A stretch of DNA of 64,000 nucleotides, taken from assembly GCA_963776245.1 (NCBI GenBank), contig CAVZLN010000006.1:192001-256000 (forward strand), given 5' to 3'. Positions 35,080 to 43,953 of the stretch are shown one piece after another. The DNA is from Candidatus Eiseniibacteriota bacterium. Lineage in GTDB: Bacteria > Eisenbacteria > RBG-16-71-46. The position numbers were made by a program, and so were the translations under genes. The notes beneath the pieces were generated by a model. That model ran no database searches. It saw only the letters and a list, made by a program, of their open reading frames with translations, and was not told the DNA's origin. The first letter of the stretch is position 1. Every line of letters begins with the position of its first letter.

Positions 35080-36836
35080 CAGAGGGGGCTCCGTTTGACC
35101 GCGAGGAAGCTCGGCAGGCGGGTGTCGACGTGCTCGCGCATCAGCGCCTTGACCGCCGCCGCCGAGGAGCACTCGAGCGCGGCCCGGGCGACCGTCTTCG
35201 CCTGGTCGTGGCGGATACTGCGGATGGCGGCCTTCACCCGTGGCAGATCGTAGGGGGACATCGACAGCTCGTCCACGCCGAGACCGACCAGCAGCACCGC
35301 GGTGCGCGGGTCCCCGGCCATCTCCCCGCACAGGCCGACCCAGCGGCCGGCGCGGTGCGCGGCCTCGACCGCGTGGGCGATGCTGCGCAGCACGGCGGGC
35401 TCGAGCGGCTCGTAGAGGTACGCCAGCCGCTCGTTGTTGCGGTCCATGGCGAGCGTGTACTGCACCAGGTCGTTGGTGCCGATGGAGAAGAACGAGGCGT
35501 GGCGCGCCAGCACGTCGCTCATCCACACCGCGCTCGGGGTCTCGATCATGAGCCCGATCTCGACTCCCGGGTCGTACGGGATGCCGAGGTGGTCGAGCTC
35601 CGCGCGCGCCTCGGCGCACAGCTCGAGCGCGCGCAGGAGTTCGCCCTCGCTCGCGACCATCGGGAACATCAGCCGCACGCGGCCGTGCGCGCTCGCCCGG
35701 TAGATGGCGCGCAACTGGGTGCGGAACACCTCGGGATGGTGGAGCGCGAAGCGGATGCCGCGCCAGCCGAGGAACGGGTTGGTCTCGTAGGTCATGCCGA
35801 GGTACGAGGCCACCTTGTCGCCGCCCAGGTCCATGGTGCGGAACAGCACCGGCCGCGGCGCCATGCCGGCGGCCACCGTACGGTAGGCCTCGACCTGTTC
35901 CTCCTCGGTCGGCAGCTCCGGTCGGCCCATGTAGAAGAACTCGGTGCGGAACAGTCCGATCGAGTCGGCGCCGCAGCCGAGCACGACCTCGACCTCGGAG
36001 GGCAGCTCGATGTTCGCGCCCAGCTCCAGGCGGTGCCCGTCGGCGGTCTCGGCCGGCTCGTTGCGCAGGTGCTCGAGGTGGCGCCGCTCCTCGTCGATGC
36101 GCTGACGACGCGCGCGGTATTGCCGTTCCGCGGCCGGATCGGGGTCGAGTTCGAACACCCCGGCGTACCCATCGACCGCCGCTTGCTGCCCGGTGTGCGC
36201 CACCTGCATGGCGCCGCGCACGCTCACCACCGCCGGGATGCCGCGCCCGCGCGCGACGATGGCGCCGTGGGAGGTGCGCCCGCCGACCTCGGTGACGAAC
36301 GCCAGCACGGTGTCGGGCCGCAGCAGCGCGACCTCGCTGGGCCCGAGGTCGTGGGCCACGACGATCGAGGGCTCGCGCAGCTCGGTGAGCGCCTTGGGCA
36401 CCGCTCCGAGCAGCGCCCTCAGCACGCGACGCGTGACGTCCATGATGTCGGCATGGCGCTCGCGCAGGTACTCGTCGCGCGCGTTCTCGAGCCGCGCCGC
36501 CACCTGCCCCATGTAGGTCCGGAACACGCCCGCGGCGCACAGGTGCTCGTCGCGCACGCCGCGCTCCACTGCGAGCGCCAGCTCCGGGTCGTCGAGGATC
36601 AGGAGGTGGGCGTCGTAGATGCGGGCCTCGAGGTCGCTCAACTCGGCGGCGATGCTGTCGCGGATGCGGCGCAGGTCCTCGCGCGAGGATTCGAGCGCGT
36701 CGCGGAAGCGCGCCAGCTCGGCGTCCTCGGTGCCGGGCTCGAGCGCGGTCTCGCGCACCGCCAGATCCTCGCGCTCGAACCGGAACACCGGTCCCAGGCC
36801 GATGCCGGGCGAGGCGGCGATCCCGGTGTGTCTCAC
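35079..36836 (-). CDS. ptsI: PTS enzyme I (PEP-protein phosphotransferase)
   Basis: GGRTSHGAIVAR, GLFRTEF, RTMDLGGDK, NPFLGWRGIR and SIGTNDL motifs. Confidence 0.96.
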   Translation of the reverse strand: MRHTGIAASPGIGLGPVFRFEREDLAVRETALEPGTEDAELARFRDALESSREDLRRIRDSIAAELSDLEARIYDAHLLILDDPELALAVERGVRDEHLCAAGVFRTYMGQVAARLENARDEYLRERHADIMDVTRRVLRALLGAVPKALTELREPSIVVAHDLGPSEVALLRPDTVLAFVTEVGGRTSHGAIVARGRGIPAVVSVRGAMQVAHTGQQAAVDGYAGVFELDPDPAAERQYRARRQRIDEERRHLEHLRNEPAETADGHRLELGANIELPSEVEVVLGCGADSIGLFRTEFFYMGRPELPTEEEQVEAYRTVAAGMAPRPVLFRTMDLGGDKVASYLGMTYETNPFLGWRGIRFALHHPEVFRTQLRAIYRASAHGRVRLMFPMVASEGELLRALELCAEARAELDHLGIPYDPGVEIGLMIETPSAVWMSDVLARHASFFSIGTNDLVQYTLAMDRNNERLAYLYEPLEPAVLRSIAHAVEAAHRAGRWVGLCGEMAGDPRTAVLLVGLGVDELSMSPYDLPRVKAAIRSIRHDQAKTVARAALECSSAAAVKALMREHVDTRLPSFLAVKRSPL

Positions 36837-37102
36837 GGTTCCCCCCCGAACTTGCCGTCGACCAGCGCCTGCAGGGCCGCGATGGCGGCGACCTCGTCCG
36901 GACCGTCGGCGCGCACGCGGATGGAGCTCCCCTCCTCGGCCGCGAGCATCATGACGCCCATGATGCTCTTGCCGTTCACCTCGAGGTCGTCACGCGAGAC
37001 GAACACCTGGGACTGGAAGCGCGCCGCGGTCTTCACGAACAGCGCACACGCGCGCGCGTGCAGTCCCAGCTGGTTGCGGATCAGCAGGTCCGTCTCGGTC
37101 AA
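36833..37102 (-). CDS. ptsH: HPr phosphocarrier
   Basis: NQLGLHARA (His15) and GKSIMGVM (Ser46). Confidence 0.95.
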   Translation of the reverse strand: MTETDLLIRNQLGLHARACALFVKTAARFQSQVFVSRDDLEVNGKSIMGVMMLAAEEGSSIRVRADGPDEVAAIAALQALVDGKFGGEP

Positions 37103-37124
37103 GCCCCGTCCTCCTTCGAGCGTG

Positions 37125-37886
37125 TCACGGCATCAGCCAGGCGGCCACCAGGCACAGCACGCCGCCGCCGAGCGCCCATTCCACCGGCGACGGCCGCGGG
37201 CGCGGAGCGGAGAGCAGCCCCATCACCAGCCCGCCGGCCAGCGTCGCCTGCCACGCCAGCGGGCGCGGATACCCCGCCGGCACCAGCAGCGCCGCGACCA
37301 CGGCGCCGATCGCGATCGTGCCCAGCAGCGCGAGCAGGCGGATGGCCCCCTCGAAGCGCCGCCGCAGCGTGTCGTCGAGCACCGCCGCGCCCGCGCGCCA
37401 GCCCCAGCCCACCCCCGCGAAGCGCACCGTCTGGTGCCCCGCGTTGTACATCAACCCGAGCGTCAGCGCCCCCGCCCACGCGGGGCCGTGGAGCGCCACC
37501 GCCACGCCGACGCAGGCCGCCACCGGCCGCAGCGTGAACCAGAAGCACCGGTCCCCGAGCGAGGCGAGCGACGAGCCCAGCACGCTCTTCACCCGCGCCA
37601 TGCCCTCGGCGTCCGGCCCGCCGCCCGCGCTGCGCTCGGCCTCGAGCGCGGCCACCGCGCCGAGCGCGAGCGAGGCCATCGAGGGCTGGGTGTTGAAGAA
37701 CGCCGTGTGCTCCGCGAGCCGTTCCCGCCGCGCCGTCGCATCCGGGATCAGCCGGTCGAGCGCCGGCTTCAGCGCCCACGCCCACCCCACTCCCTGCTGG
37801 CGCTCGTAGTTCCAGGTCGCCTGGAGCAACTGGGCCCGCAGGGCCATCTCGAACCGCGTCCGCGCGCCGATCCGGTCGTCGCTCAT
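37125..37886 (-). CDS. PTS mannose/fructose/sorbose family IID
   Basis: QATWNYERQQG, FFNTQP and ASLGDRCFW motifs. Confidence 0.92.
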   Translation of the reverse strand: MSDDRIGARTRFEMALRAQLLQATWNYERQQGVGWAWALKPALDRLIPDATARRERLAEHTAFFNTQPSMASLALGAVAALEAERSAGGGPDAEGMARVKSVLGSSLASLGDRCFWFTLRPVAACVGVAVALHGPAWAGALTLGLMYNAGHQTVRFAGVGWGWRAGAAVLDDTLRRRFEGAIRLLALLGTIAIGAVVAALLVPAGYPRPLAWQATLAGGLVMGLLSAPRPRPSPVEWALGGGVLCLVAAWLMP

Positions 37887-38599
37887 GGCGTGCCCATCAT
37901 CTGGACCAGCCACGCCACCATCAGCGCGACGCCGAACACCGCCGAGCGGACCAGCCGCCGCTGCACGAACGCGTGCAGCAGCTGCGCCAGCCCGAGCCCG
38001 AGCCACAGCGGCTCGGCGAGCGACCAGGCGCGCGCCAGCCGCAGCGACTCGCGCTCCGCGAGCCCGGAGAGACCCAGCACCCCCGCCGCCAGGCCGATGG
38101 CCGTGCACCCTACCCCGGCCGCGAAGGCCAGGGCAATGGCCGCGGCGTGCGAACGCGCCAGCGCGCCCTCGTGGCCGGCCCGCAGCTCGGCCTCGCACCA
38201 GCGGCTGAGACCCTCGTTCCGGCGGCGCTGCCACTTCACCACCGGCACGCCGAGCGTGGCCGCCACCAGCCCCGCGAGCACGCCCAGCAGCGCGCTCGCC
38301 TCGCGCGCCATCGGGAACGCGACCCCGGCGCCCAGCGCCAGGGCGACACCGGTTCCCACCACGCCCCCGGTGGCGAAGTCCTCCGGGGTGCGCGCGCCCA
38401 CCGGCAGCGTGCTCGCCGCCAGCACCTGGAGCACCACCGCGGTCTGGAGCGCGAGCGGCACGTCGCCCCACAGGGCGCCCAGCAGCGCGCCGGTGACGAG
38501 CGGCTGGAAGAGCAGGGTCTGCGCGACCGGCGTGGCGTCGAGCGCGGCGACGCCGCCGAGCGCGATGGTGCCGAGCACCGCGGCGTTCACGGGCGCCAC
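37883..38599 (-). CDS. PTS mannose family IIC
   Basis: QPLVTGALLG and LPVGARTPED motifs; hydrophobic; lies between IIB and IID. Confidence 0.85.
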   Translation of the reverse strand: MAPVNAAVLGTIALGGVAALDATPVAQTLLFQPLVTGALLGALWGDVPLALQTAVVLQVLAASTLPVGARTPEDFATGGVVGTGVALALGAGVAFPMAREASALLGVLAGLVAATLGVPVVKWQRRRNEGLSRWCEAELRAGHEGALARSHAAAIALAFAAGVGCTAIGLAAGVLGLSGLAERESLRLARAWSLAEPLWLGLGLAQLLHAFVQRRLVRSAVFGVALMVAWLVQMMGTP

Positions 38600-38642
38600 C
38601 CCCGCGCCGACGCCCGCGGATCGCGCGGAGGCCGCGGCCCGC

Positions 38643-39128
38643 TCATGCGACCAGCCCGGGCGCGAGGGACTCGAGGCGCTCGACGCGCGAGGCCGGCACG
38701 TCCTGCACCTCGAGGGTCACGCCGCGCGCGAGCAGCGTGCGCGCCGCGGCGCGGTCGGCCTCGCCGAGATAGACGTACTCGTTCACCTTGTCCTTGCCGG
38801 GCGCGTAGTGGAGCCCGCCGAGATTGAGCGTCGTGAGCTCCGCACCCGCCTCGACCAGCGCCAGCGCCACCTGCAGCGAGCGCATCAGCAGGAACGCCCC
38901 GCCGGCCGCGTCGCGCTCCGCCACCCATCCGGCCGCGGCCTGCGACACCGTGAGCACGCGCACCTCCACGTCCGGCGCGGCGGCGACGAACAGGTCGCGT
39001 TCCCACGGGCTGGCGGCCGCGCCGTCGTCCACCACCCAGATGCGGGCGGGCCGCAGGCGCAGTCCCCACGCCACCACCACCTGGCCGTGGATGAGGCGGT
39101 CGTCCACGCGGGTCAGCAGCCAGCTCAT
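38643..39128 (-). CDS. PTS mannose family IIB
   Basis: RVDDRLIHGQV and LNLGG motifs. Confidence 0.93.
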   Translation of the reverse strand: MSWLLTRVDDRLIHGQVVVAWGLRLRPARIWVVDDGAAASPWERDLFVAAAPDVEVRVLTVSQAAAGWVAERDAAGGAFLLMRSLQVALALVEAGAELTTLNLGGLHYAPGKDKVNEYVYLGEADRAAARTLLARGVTLEVQDVPASRVERLESLAPGLVA

Positions 39129-39520
39129 GCCGGCTGCCCGCGTTGGACCCGGATGCTCTCCTGCCCCTTCTGCCGCAGTCGTTCGGCCAGCTCGAACACG
39201 CCGATCCGGTCCCGGTTGTGGAGGTAGTCGAGCAGGATGGGCAGATTGAGCCCGCTCACCACCACGACCTCGCCGCGCCCGCGCGCGGCCGCGATCCCGC
39301 ACAGCGTGCACGAGCCGCCCCAGAAGTCGGTGAGCACCAGGCCGCCGTGCTCCCAGTGCGAGACATGCCCCTCGATCTCGAGCTCGAGGGCGTCGCGCGA
39401 AAGCCCCTCGTTGCTCAGGACCGCCACCTCCTCGGCGGGGCCGTAGACGGACTCGACCGCCCGCAGTAGCGCGGCCGCGAGGTCGGCGTGGGTCACCAGC
39501 ACCGCGGGCACACGCGCCAT
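39125..39520 (-). CDS. PTS mannose family IIA
   Basis: VLVTHADLA, LTDFWGGS and GLNLPIL motifs. Confidence 0.9.
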   Translation of the reverse strand: MARVPAVLVTHADLAAALLRAVESVYGPAEEVAVLSNEGLSRDALELEIEGHVSHWEHGGLVLTDFWGGSCTLCGIAAARGRGEVVVVSGLNLPILLDYLHNRDRIGVFELAERLRQKGQESIRVQRGQPA

Positions 39521-40494
39521 CACTCGGTGTCCTCGCGGACCCAGGCCTTGGCGGCGCTCTTGCGCTTCATGATCTCGAGCAGGTGCTGGTTGAGCCGCTC
39601 GGCCGGCGAGTAGCCCGCCGTCACCTTGACCAGGTAGTTGAGCGCGATGACCTCGGCGATGACGGTGATGTTCTTGCCCGGCGTGATCGGCACCGTCACC
39701 AGCGGGATCTCGACCCCGAGGTGCGTGGTCGTGCGCTCGTCGAGGCCGACGCGCTCGTAGTCGGCCTCGTTCGACCACTCGGTGAGGTGGACCTCGACCT
39801 CGACGCGCTTCTGCAGCCGGATCGAGCGGATGCCGAAGATCGCCTGCACGTCGATGATGCCGAGCCCGCGGATCTCCATGTGGTGCCGCAGCAGATGATT
39901 GCCGGTGCCGATGAGCACGTCGCCGTGATGGCGCGTGATGGTGACGATGTCGTCCGCGACCAGTCGCTGCCCGCGCTCGACCAGGTCGAGCGCGGTCTCC
40001 GACTTCCCGATCGCGCTGCGCCCGGTGAACATCAGCCCAACGCCGTAGACGTCCACCAGCGAGCCGTGGACGGAGATCTGGGGGGCGAACAGGTGATCGA
40101 GGTAGGCCGTGAGGGAGTGGATGAACGGGGTCGTGCTCTGGGGCGTGCGCAGCACCGGCGTCTGGCTCCGGTTCGCGCGCTGCACCAGGTAGGGCGGGAC
40201 CTCGAGCGCCTTGCACACCACGATGAGCGGCATCTGGAACTGGAACAGCCGGTCGATGGCCTCCCGGACGCCCTCGGGGGTGAGGGTCGCGAGGTAGGTG
40301 AGCTCGGTCTGCGCGAGGATCTGGATGCGCTCGGGCAGGAAGTTCTCGACGAAGCCCATCAGCGCCATGCCCGGGCGGTGGATGTCGCTCACCGTGATCT
40401 CGACGCCGGTGGCGAGCGACTCCGTGAGTTGCTCGAGCTGGAGTTCGTGGCGCTGGTCCTCGAACAGGCGGGCGACGCTCAGGGTCTGCACCAT
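39520..40494 (-). CDS. hprK: HPr(Ser) kinase/phosphorylase
   Basis: HGSLVDVYGVG, GRSAIGKSE, LVADD and MEIRGLGII motifs. Confidence 0.95.
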   Translation of the reverse strand: MVQTLSVARLFEDQRHELQLEQLTESLATGVEITVSDIHRPGMALMGFVENFLPERIQILAQTELTYLATLTPEGVREAIDRLFQFQMPLIVVCKALEVPPYLVQRANRSQTPVLRTPQSTTPFIHSLTAYLDHLFAPQISVHGSLVDVYGVGLMFTGRSAIGKSETALDLVERGQRLVADDIVTITRHHGDVLIGTGNHLLRHHMEIRGLGIIDVQAIFGIRSIRLQKRVEVEVHLTEWSNEADYERVGLDERTTTHLGVEIPLVTVPITPGKNITVIAEVIALNYLVKVTAGYSPAERLNQHLLEIMKRKSAAKAWVREDTE

Positions 40495-40495
40495 C

Positions 40496-40870
40496 TCAGC
40501 CCTCGATGCCGGGCGCCTCGTCGTCGTCCTCGGACGGGGCGGCATGGCCGTTCACGACCCGCGTGCTGCCGCGGGCCTCGTGCTTGCGGTCGATGCGCTT
40601 CTCCTTGAGCCGCCGCAACTGCTCTTCGAGCGAGTCCGCCGCGCGGTCGATCGCCATCCGCGGGTCGGTGGCCTCGTCGCGGCCGACCATCCGGGACTGG
40701 CGCAGGCGCACGGTGATCTCGGCGGTGTGCCGGTACTTCTCGGCGGTGACGACGAGGTGCGCCTCCAGGATGTCACCGGCGAAGCGCTCGAACCGCCCCA
40801 GGCGCTGTTCGGCGAAGAGACGGAGCTCGGTATCCAGATCGCAGTGGCGTGCGGTCGTGGTGATCTGCAT
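40496..40870 (-). CDS. hpf: Ribosome hibernation promoting factor (short HPF/RaiA)
   Basis: MQITTTARH, EKYRHTAE and AIDRAADSLEEQLRRLKEK; downstream of rpoN. Confidence 0.9.
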   Translation of the reverse strand: MQITTTARHCDLDTELRLFAEQRLGRFERFAGDILEAHLVVTAEKYRHTAEITVRLRQSRMVGRDEATDPRMAIDRAADSLEEQLRRLKEKRIDRKHEARGSTRVVNGHAAPSEDDDEAPGIEG

Positions 40871-40944
40871 GGTCCACCCTTCTCCCGGCGGAGCGTGCCG
40901 CCCCCGCCGCCCTTCCATCGTGGTCGGGCCGTGGCGTGCGAAGA

Positions 40945-42381
40945 TCAGGCGACCCGCCGGCGGAAGCGTGCCGGCAGGATGTTGAGTTGCTCGCGGTACT
41001 TCGCCACCGTGCGCCGGGCGATCTTCAGCCCGCGCCGGTGGAGCAGTTCGGCGATGTGCTGGTCGGAGAGCGGCTCCTTCTTGTCCTCCTCGTCGATGAG
41101 GGTCCGGATGACGTCCTTGGCGGAGCGCGCCGAGACATCCTCGCCATCCTCGGTCTCGAGCCCGCTCGAGAAGAAGAACTTCAGTTCGAACACGCCGCGC
41201 GGCGTCTGCACGTATTTCCCGCTGCACACCCGGCTCACGGTGGACTCGTGCATGTCGATCTGCCGGGCCACCTGCTGGAGCGTGAGGGGGCGCAGGAACG
41301 CGATGCCCTTGTCGAAGAACTCGCGCTGCTCGCGGATGATGCAGTTCATCACCTTGATCATCGTGCGGCGGCGCTGCTCGATGGTCTGGATGAGCCAGCG
41401 CGCAGAGTTCAGCTTGCCCTGGATGTACTCGCGCGTCTTCTGCTCGCCGGCCGTCGCGTCGGCCTTCTTCTTCTCGCGCAGCACGCCCTCGTAGGCCGAC
41501 GAGATACGCAGGCGGGGCAGATGCCGGTCGTTGAGCAGGACGACGTACTCGTCGTCGACGCGCTCCACCAGCAGATCGGGCACCACGTACTTCGGGTCCT
41601 CGCTCGACACCTGGAAGCCCGGCTTCGGATTGAGCGTGGCGATGACGTCCGCGGCCGCCTGCACCTCCTCGACCGTGCACTTGAGCTGGCGCGCGATCTC
41701 GGGGAAGCGGCGATTGACGAGGTTGTCGAACTGGTCGTGGATGAGCCGCCACGGCAGCGTGTCGAGGTCACCGCGTGCCGTGAGCTGGAGCAGCAGGCAC
41801 TCCCGCAGGTCGCGCGCCCCCACCCCGGTGGGCTCCAGCGTCTGGATCACCTGCAGCCCCGCCTCGATGTCCTCCATCGGGTAGCCGACCGCCTGGGCGA
41901 TCTCGTCGAACGGCGTGGCCACGAACCCGCGGTCGTCGAGCGAACCGACGAGGAACTCGCACACCGTGAGCCGTTCGGGCGTCAGGTCGAGGAAGTGGAG
42001 CTGCTCGAGCAGCGACTCGGCGAGCGTGGTCCGCGTCACCGGGACCTTCTCGAGGAACTCCTGCACGGTCTCGCTCTCGGGGATGTACGCGCGGTCGAGC
42101 GCGCCGTCCTGCATGTAGTCCGACCAGTCGATCGGGTCGTCCTCGGCCGGGTCCTCGGACTCCTGGTTCGCGGTCTCCTCGGGTGAGTCCTCCTTGTCGA
42201 GGTCCTCGCTGTCGACGATCTCGTCGACCTCCTCGAGCAGCGGGTTCTGCATGATCTCCTGCTTGAGGATGAGCTGGAGTTCCAGCGTCGGCACCTGGAG
42301 CAGCTTCAGGGCCTGCTGGAGCCGCGGCGTCATGATGAGCGCCGGCCGCATCGACAGGTTCAGCGAGGGTTTCATTTCCAT
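40945..42381 (-). CDS. rpoN: RNA polymerase sigma-54 factor
   Basis: MTPRLQQALKLLQ, HESTVSR and the RpoN box ARRTVAKYRE. Confidence 0.98.
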   Translation of the reverse strand: MEMKPSLNLSMRPALIMTPRLQQALKLLQVPTLELQLILKQEIMQNPLLEEVDEIVDSEDLDKEDSPEETANQESEDPAEDDPIDWSDYMQDGALDRAYIPESETVQEFLEKVPVTRTTLAESLLEQLHFLDLTPERLTVCEFLVGSLDDRGFVATPFDEIAQAVGYPMEDIEAGLQVIQTLEPTGVGARDLRECLLLQLTARGDLDTLPWRLIHDQFDNLVNRRFPEIARQLKCTVEEVQAAADVIATLNPKPGFQVSSEDPKYVVPDLLVERVDDEYVVLLNDRHLPRLRISSAYEGVLREKKKADATAGEQKTREYIQGKLNSARWLIQTIEQRRRTMIKVMNCIIREQREFFDKGIAFLRPLTLQQVARQIDMHESTVSRVCSGKYVQTPRGVFELKFFFSSGLETEDGEDVSARSAKDVIRTLIDEEDKKEPLSDQHIAELLHRRGLKIARRTVAKYREQLNILPARFRRRVA

Positions 42382-42396
42382 GGAGGGGTCCCGAGG

Positions 42397-43161
42397 CTAG
42401 AGGCTGAAGCGCTCGCCGAGGTAGATCTCCCGTGCGCGGGCATCCTGGGCCAGCTCTTCGGCACTGCCCTGGAGCAGGATGCGCCCTTCGTGCATGATGT
42501 ACGCGCGGTCGGTGATCCGGAGCGTCTCCCGGACGTTGTGGTCGGTGATGAGCACGCCGAGCCCGCGATCGCGCAGTCGGCCGACGATATCCTGGATCTC
42601 GGCGACCGCGATCGGATCGATGCCCACGAACGGCTCATCGAGCAGCATGTAGGATGGCTCGCGCGCCAGCGCGCGCGTGATCTCGACGCGGCGGCGCTCG
42701 CCGCCGGACAGCTTCGAGGCCGACCGGCTGGCGAGGTGAGTCAGATTGAGGTCGTCGAGCAGCTGGTCGAGCCGCTCCTGGCGCCGCCTCGGGGTGAGAT
42801 CCATGGTCTCGAGCACCGCGAGGACGTTGTCGCGCACGTTGAGGCGCCGGAAGATGCTCGACTCCTGCGCCAGGTAGCCGAGGCCCATGCGCGCGCGGCG
42901 GTACACCGGCTCGTGGGTGATGTCCTTCCCCTCGAGCACGATGCGGCCCTCGGCGGGCCGCAGCAGCCCGACGATCATGTAGAACGAGGTGGTCTTGCCC
43001 GCGCCGTTCGGACCGAGCAGCCCCACCACCTCGCCGCGCTTCACGTCGATGGTCACGTCGCTGACGACGCGCCACTTGCCGTAATAGCGCACGAGGTGTT
43101 CGGCCACCAGCCCGGGCCGGTCGTCGGGCGGACGGGCGGGCGGGATCGGGAGGTCGCTCAT
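42397..43161 (-). CDS. lptB: LPS export ABC transporter ATP-binding protein
   Basis: GPNGAGKTTSFYMIVG, LSGGERRRVEI and ITDHNVRETL motifs. Confidence 0.96.
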   Translation of the reverse strand: MSDLPIPPARPPDDRPGLVAEHLVRYYGKWRVVSDVTIDVKRGEVVGLLGPNGAGKTTSFYMIVGLLRPAEGRIVLEGKDITHEPVYRRARMGLGYLAQESSIFRRLNVRDNVLAVLETMDLTPRRRQERLDQLLDDLNLTHLASRSASKLSGGERRRVEITRALAREPSYMLLDEPFVGIDPIAVAEIQDIVGRLRDRGLGVLITDHNVRETLRITDRAYIMHEGRILLQGSAEELAQDARAREIYLGERFSL

Positions 43162-43751
43162 CGCTTTCCCCCCGCGGGGCCGACGAGGCCGCCGGAGCGC
43201 GTGCGCACCACCGCGTTCACGTCGCGCTTGAACTCGAAGTGGCGCAATCCGGGATCGCTCTCGAAGCCGTAGCCGGTGAGCACGTCTCCCTCGCGATCGA
43301 CCCGCACCAGCTGGTCGTCGGGCACCACGATCCGCTGGCTCGTATTGTCGACCCGCATCTCCTCGGCGGTCATGCGCGTGCCCTCGGCGCTCTTGAGCAC
43401 CACGCCGCCGCGCGCGGTCATGTCGCGCGTGGACTGGTTCACCTCGCCCTCGCGCGCCGTGAGCGTGGACGAGGCCTTGCCCTCGTGGTCGAAGAAGTCC
43501 ACCCGCACCCCGCGCGCGACGATGATGTTGCGCGCGGAGTAGGTGGCGGCATGGCGCGCGAACAGCGTCCAGGCGGGCGTGCCCTCATCGGTCTCGGTGA
43601 GCACGAAGTCGCTCACCTCCTGGTCCGGCAATTCCCCGCTCGACGCTGCCGGACTGCGCACCGGGGTCCTCCCGCAGCCCATCGCCAGGCCCGCCGCGAG
43701 GAGCACGGCGAGGCCCGTCAGGGCGAGTCGCGGGAAGCGGGAAGTACGCAT
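43158..43751 (-). CDS. lptC: LPS export protein LptC
   Basis: N-terminal hydrophobic/lipoprotein-like segment; beta-jellyroll-like SSTLTAREG and LTGYGFESD; directly upstream of lptB. Confidence 0.8.
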   Translation of the reverse strand: MRTSRFPRLALTGLAVLLAAGLAMGCGRTPVRSPAASSGELPDQEVSDFVLTETDEGTPAWTLFARHAATYSARNIIVARGVRVDFFDHEGKASSTLTAREGEVNQSTRDMTARGGVVLKSAEGTRMTAEEMRVDNTSQRIVVPDDQLVRVDREGDVLTGYGFESDPGLRHFEFKRDVNAVVRTRSGGLVGPAGGKR

Positions 43752-43803
43752 CGGGGACCTCGTTCGGCACGTCGGTCGGATCGCGGGTGAGGCGTCGAGC
43801 GCC

Positions 43804-43832
43804 ACGCTAACAAAGGGTCCGCGGCATCGCAA
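43804..43832 (-). promoter_or_regulatory. sigma70-type promoter of the lptC-lptB-rpoN operon
   Basis: Minus strand TTGCGA-N17-TAGCGT. Confidence 0.55.
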
Positions 43833-43848
43833 GCACGGCCTGTGCCAG
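43832..43848 (-). promoter_or_regulatory. sigma54 -24/-12 site abutting the -35 box
   Basis: Minus strand CTGGCACAGGCCGTGCT with GG-N10-GC spacing. Confidence 0.55.
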
Positions 43849-43953
43849 AGATCTCGGAAGCCTGCCCATGGGGGTTATCGGGCTGATGAGTCACCGACTT
43901 GACCGCCGGGCGACGCGCGCGTCGGCGGGTGGTGGACCGGTCCACCGCCCGCG

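Noticed and set aside
35130..39227. 1365-aa plus-strand ORF and other long antisense or alternative-frame ORFs (e.g. 20491-23643 -, 12022-14430 +, 16835-19375 +, 53552-55714 +)
   Set aside because: These are shadow ORFs from high GC content. They overlap motif-supported genes and have Arg/Ala/Gly-rich sequence without motifs.
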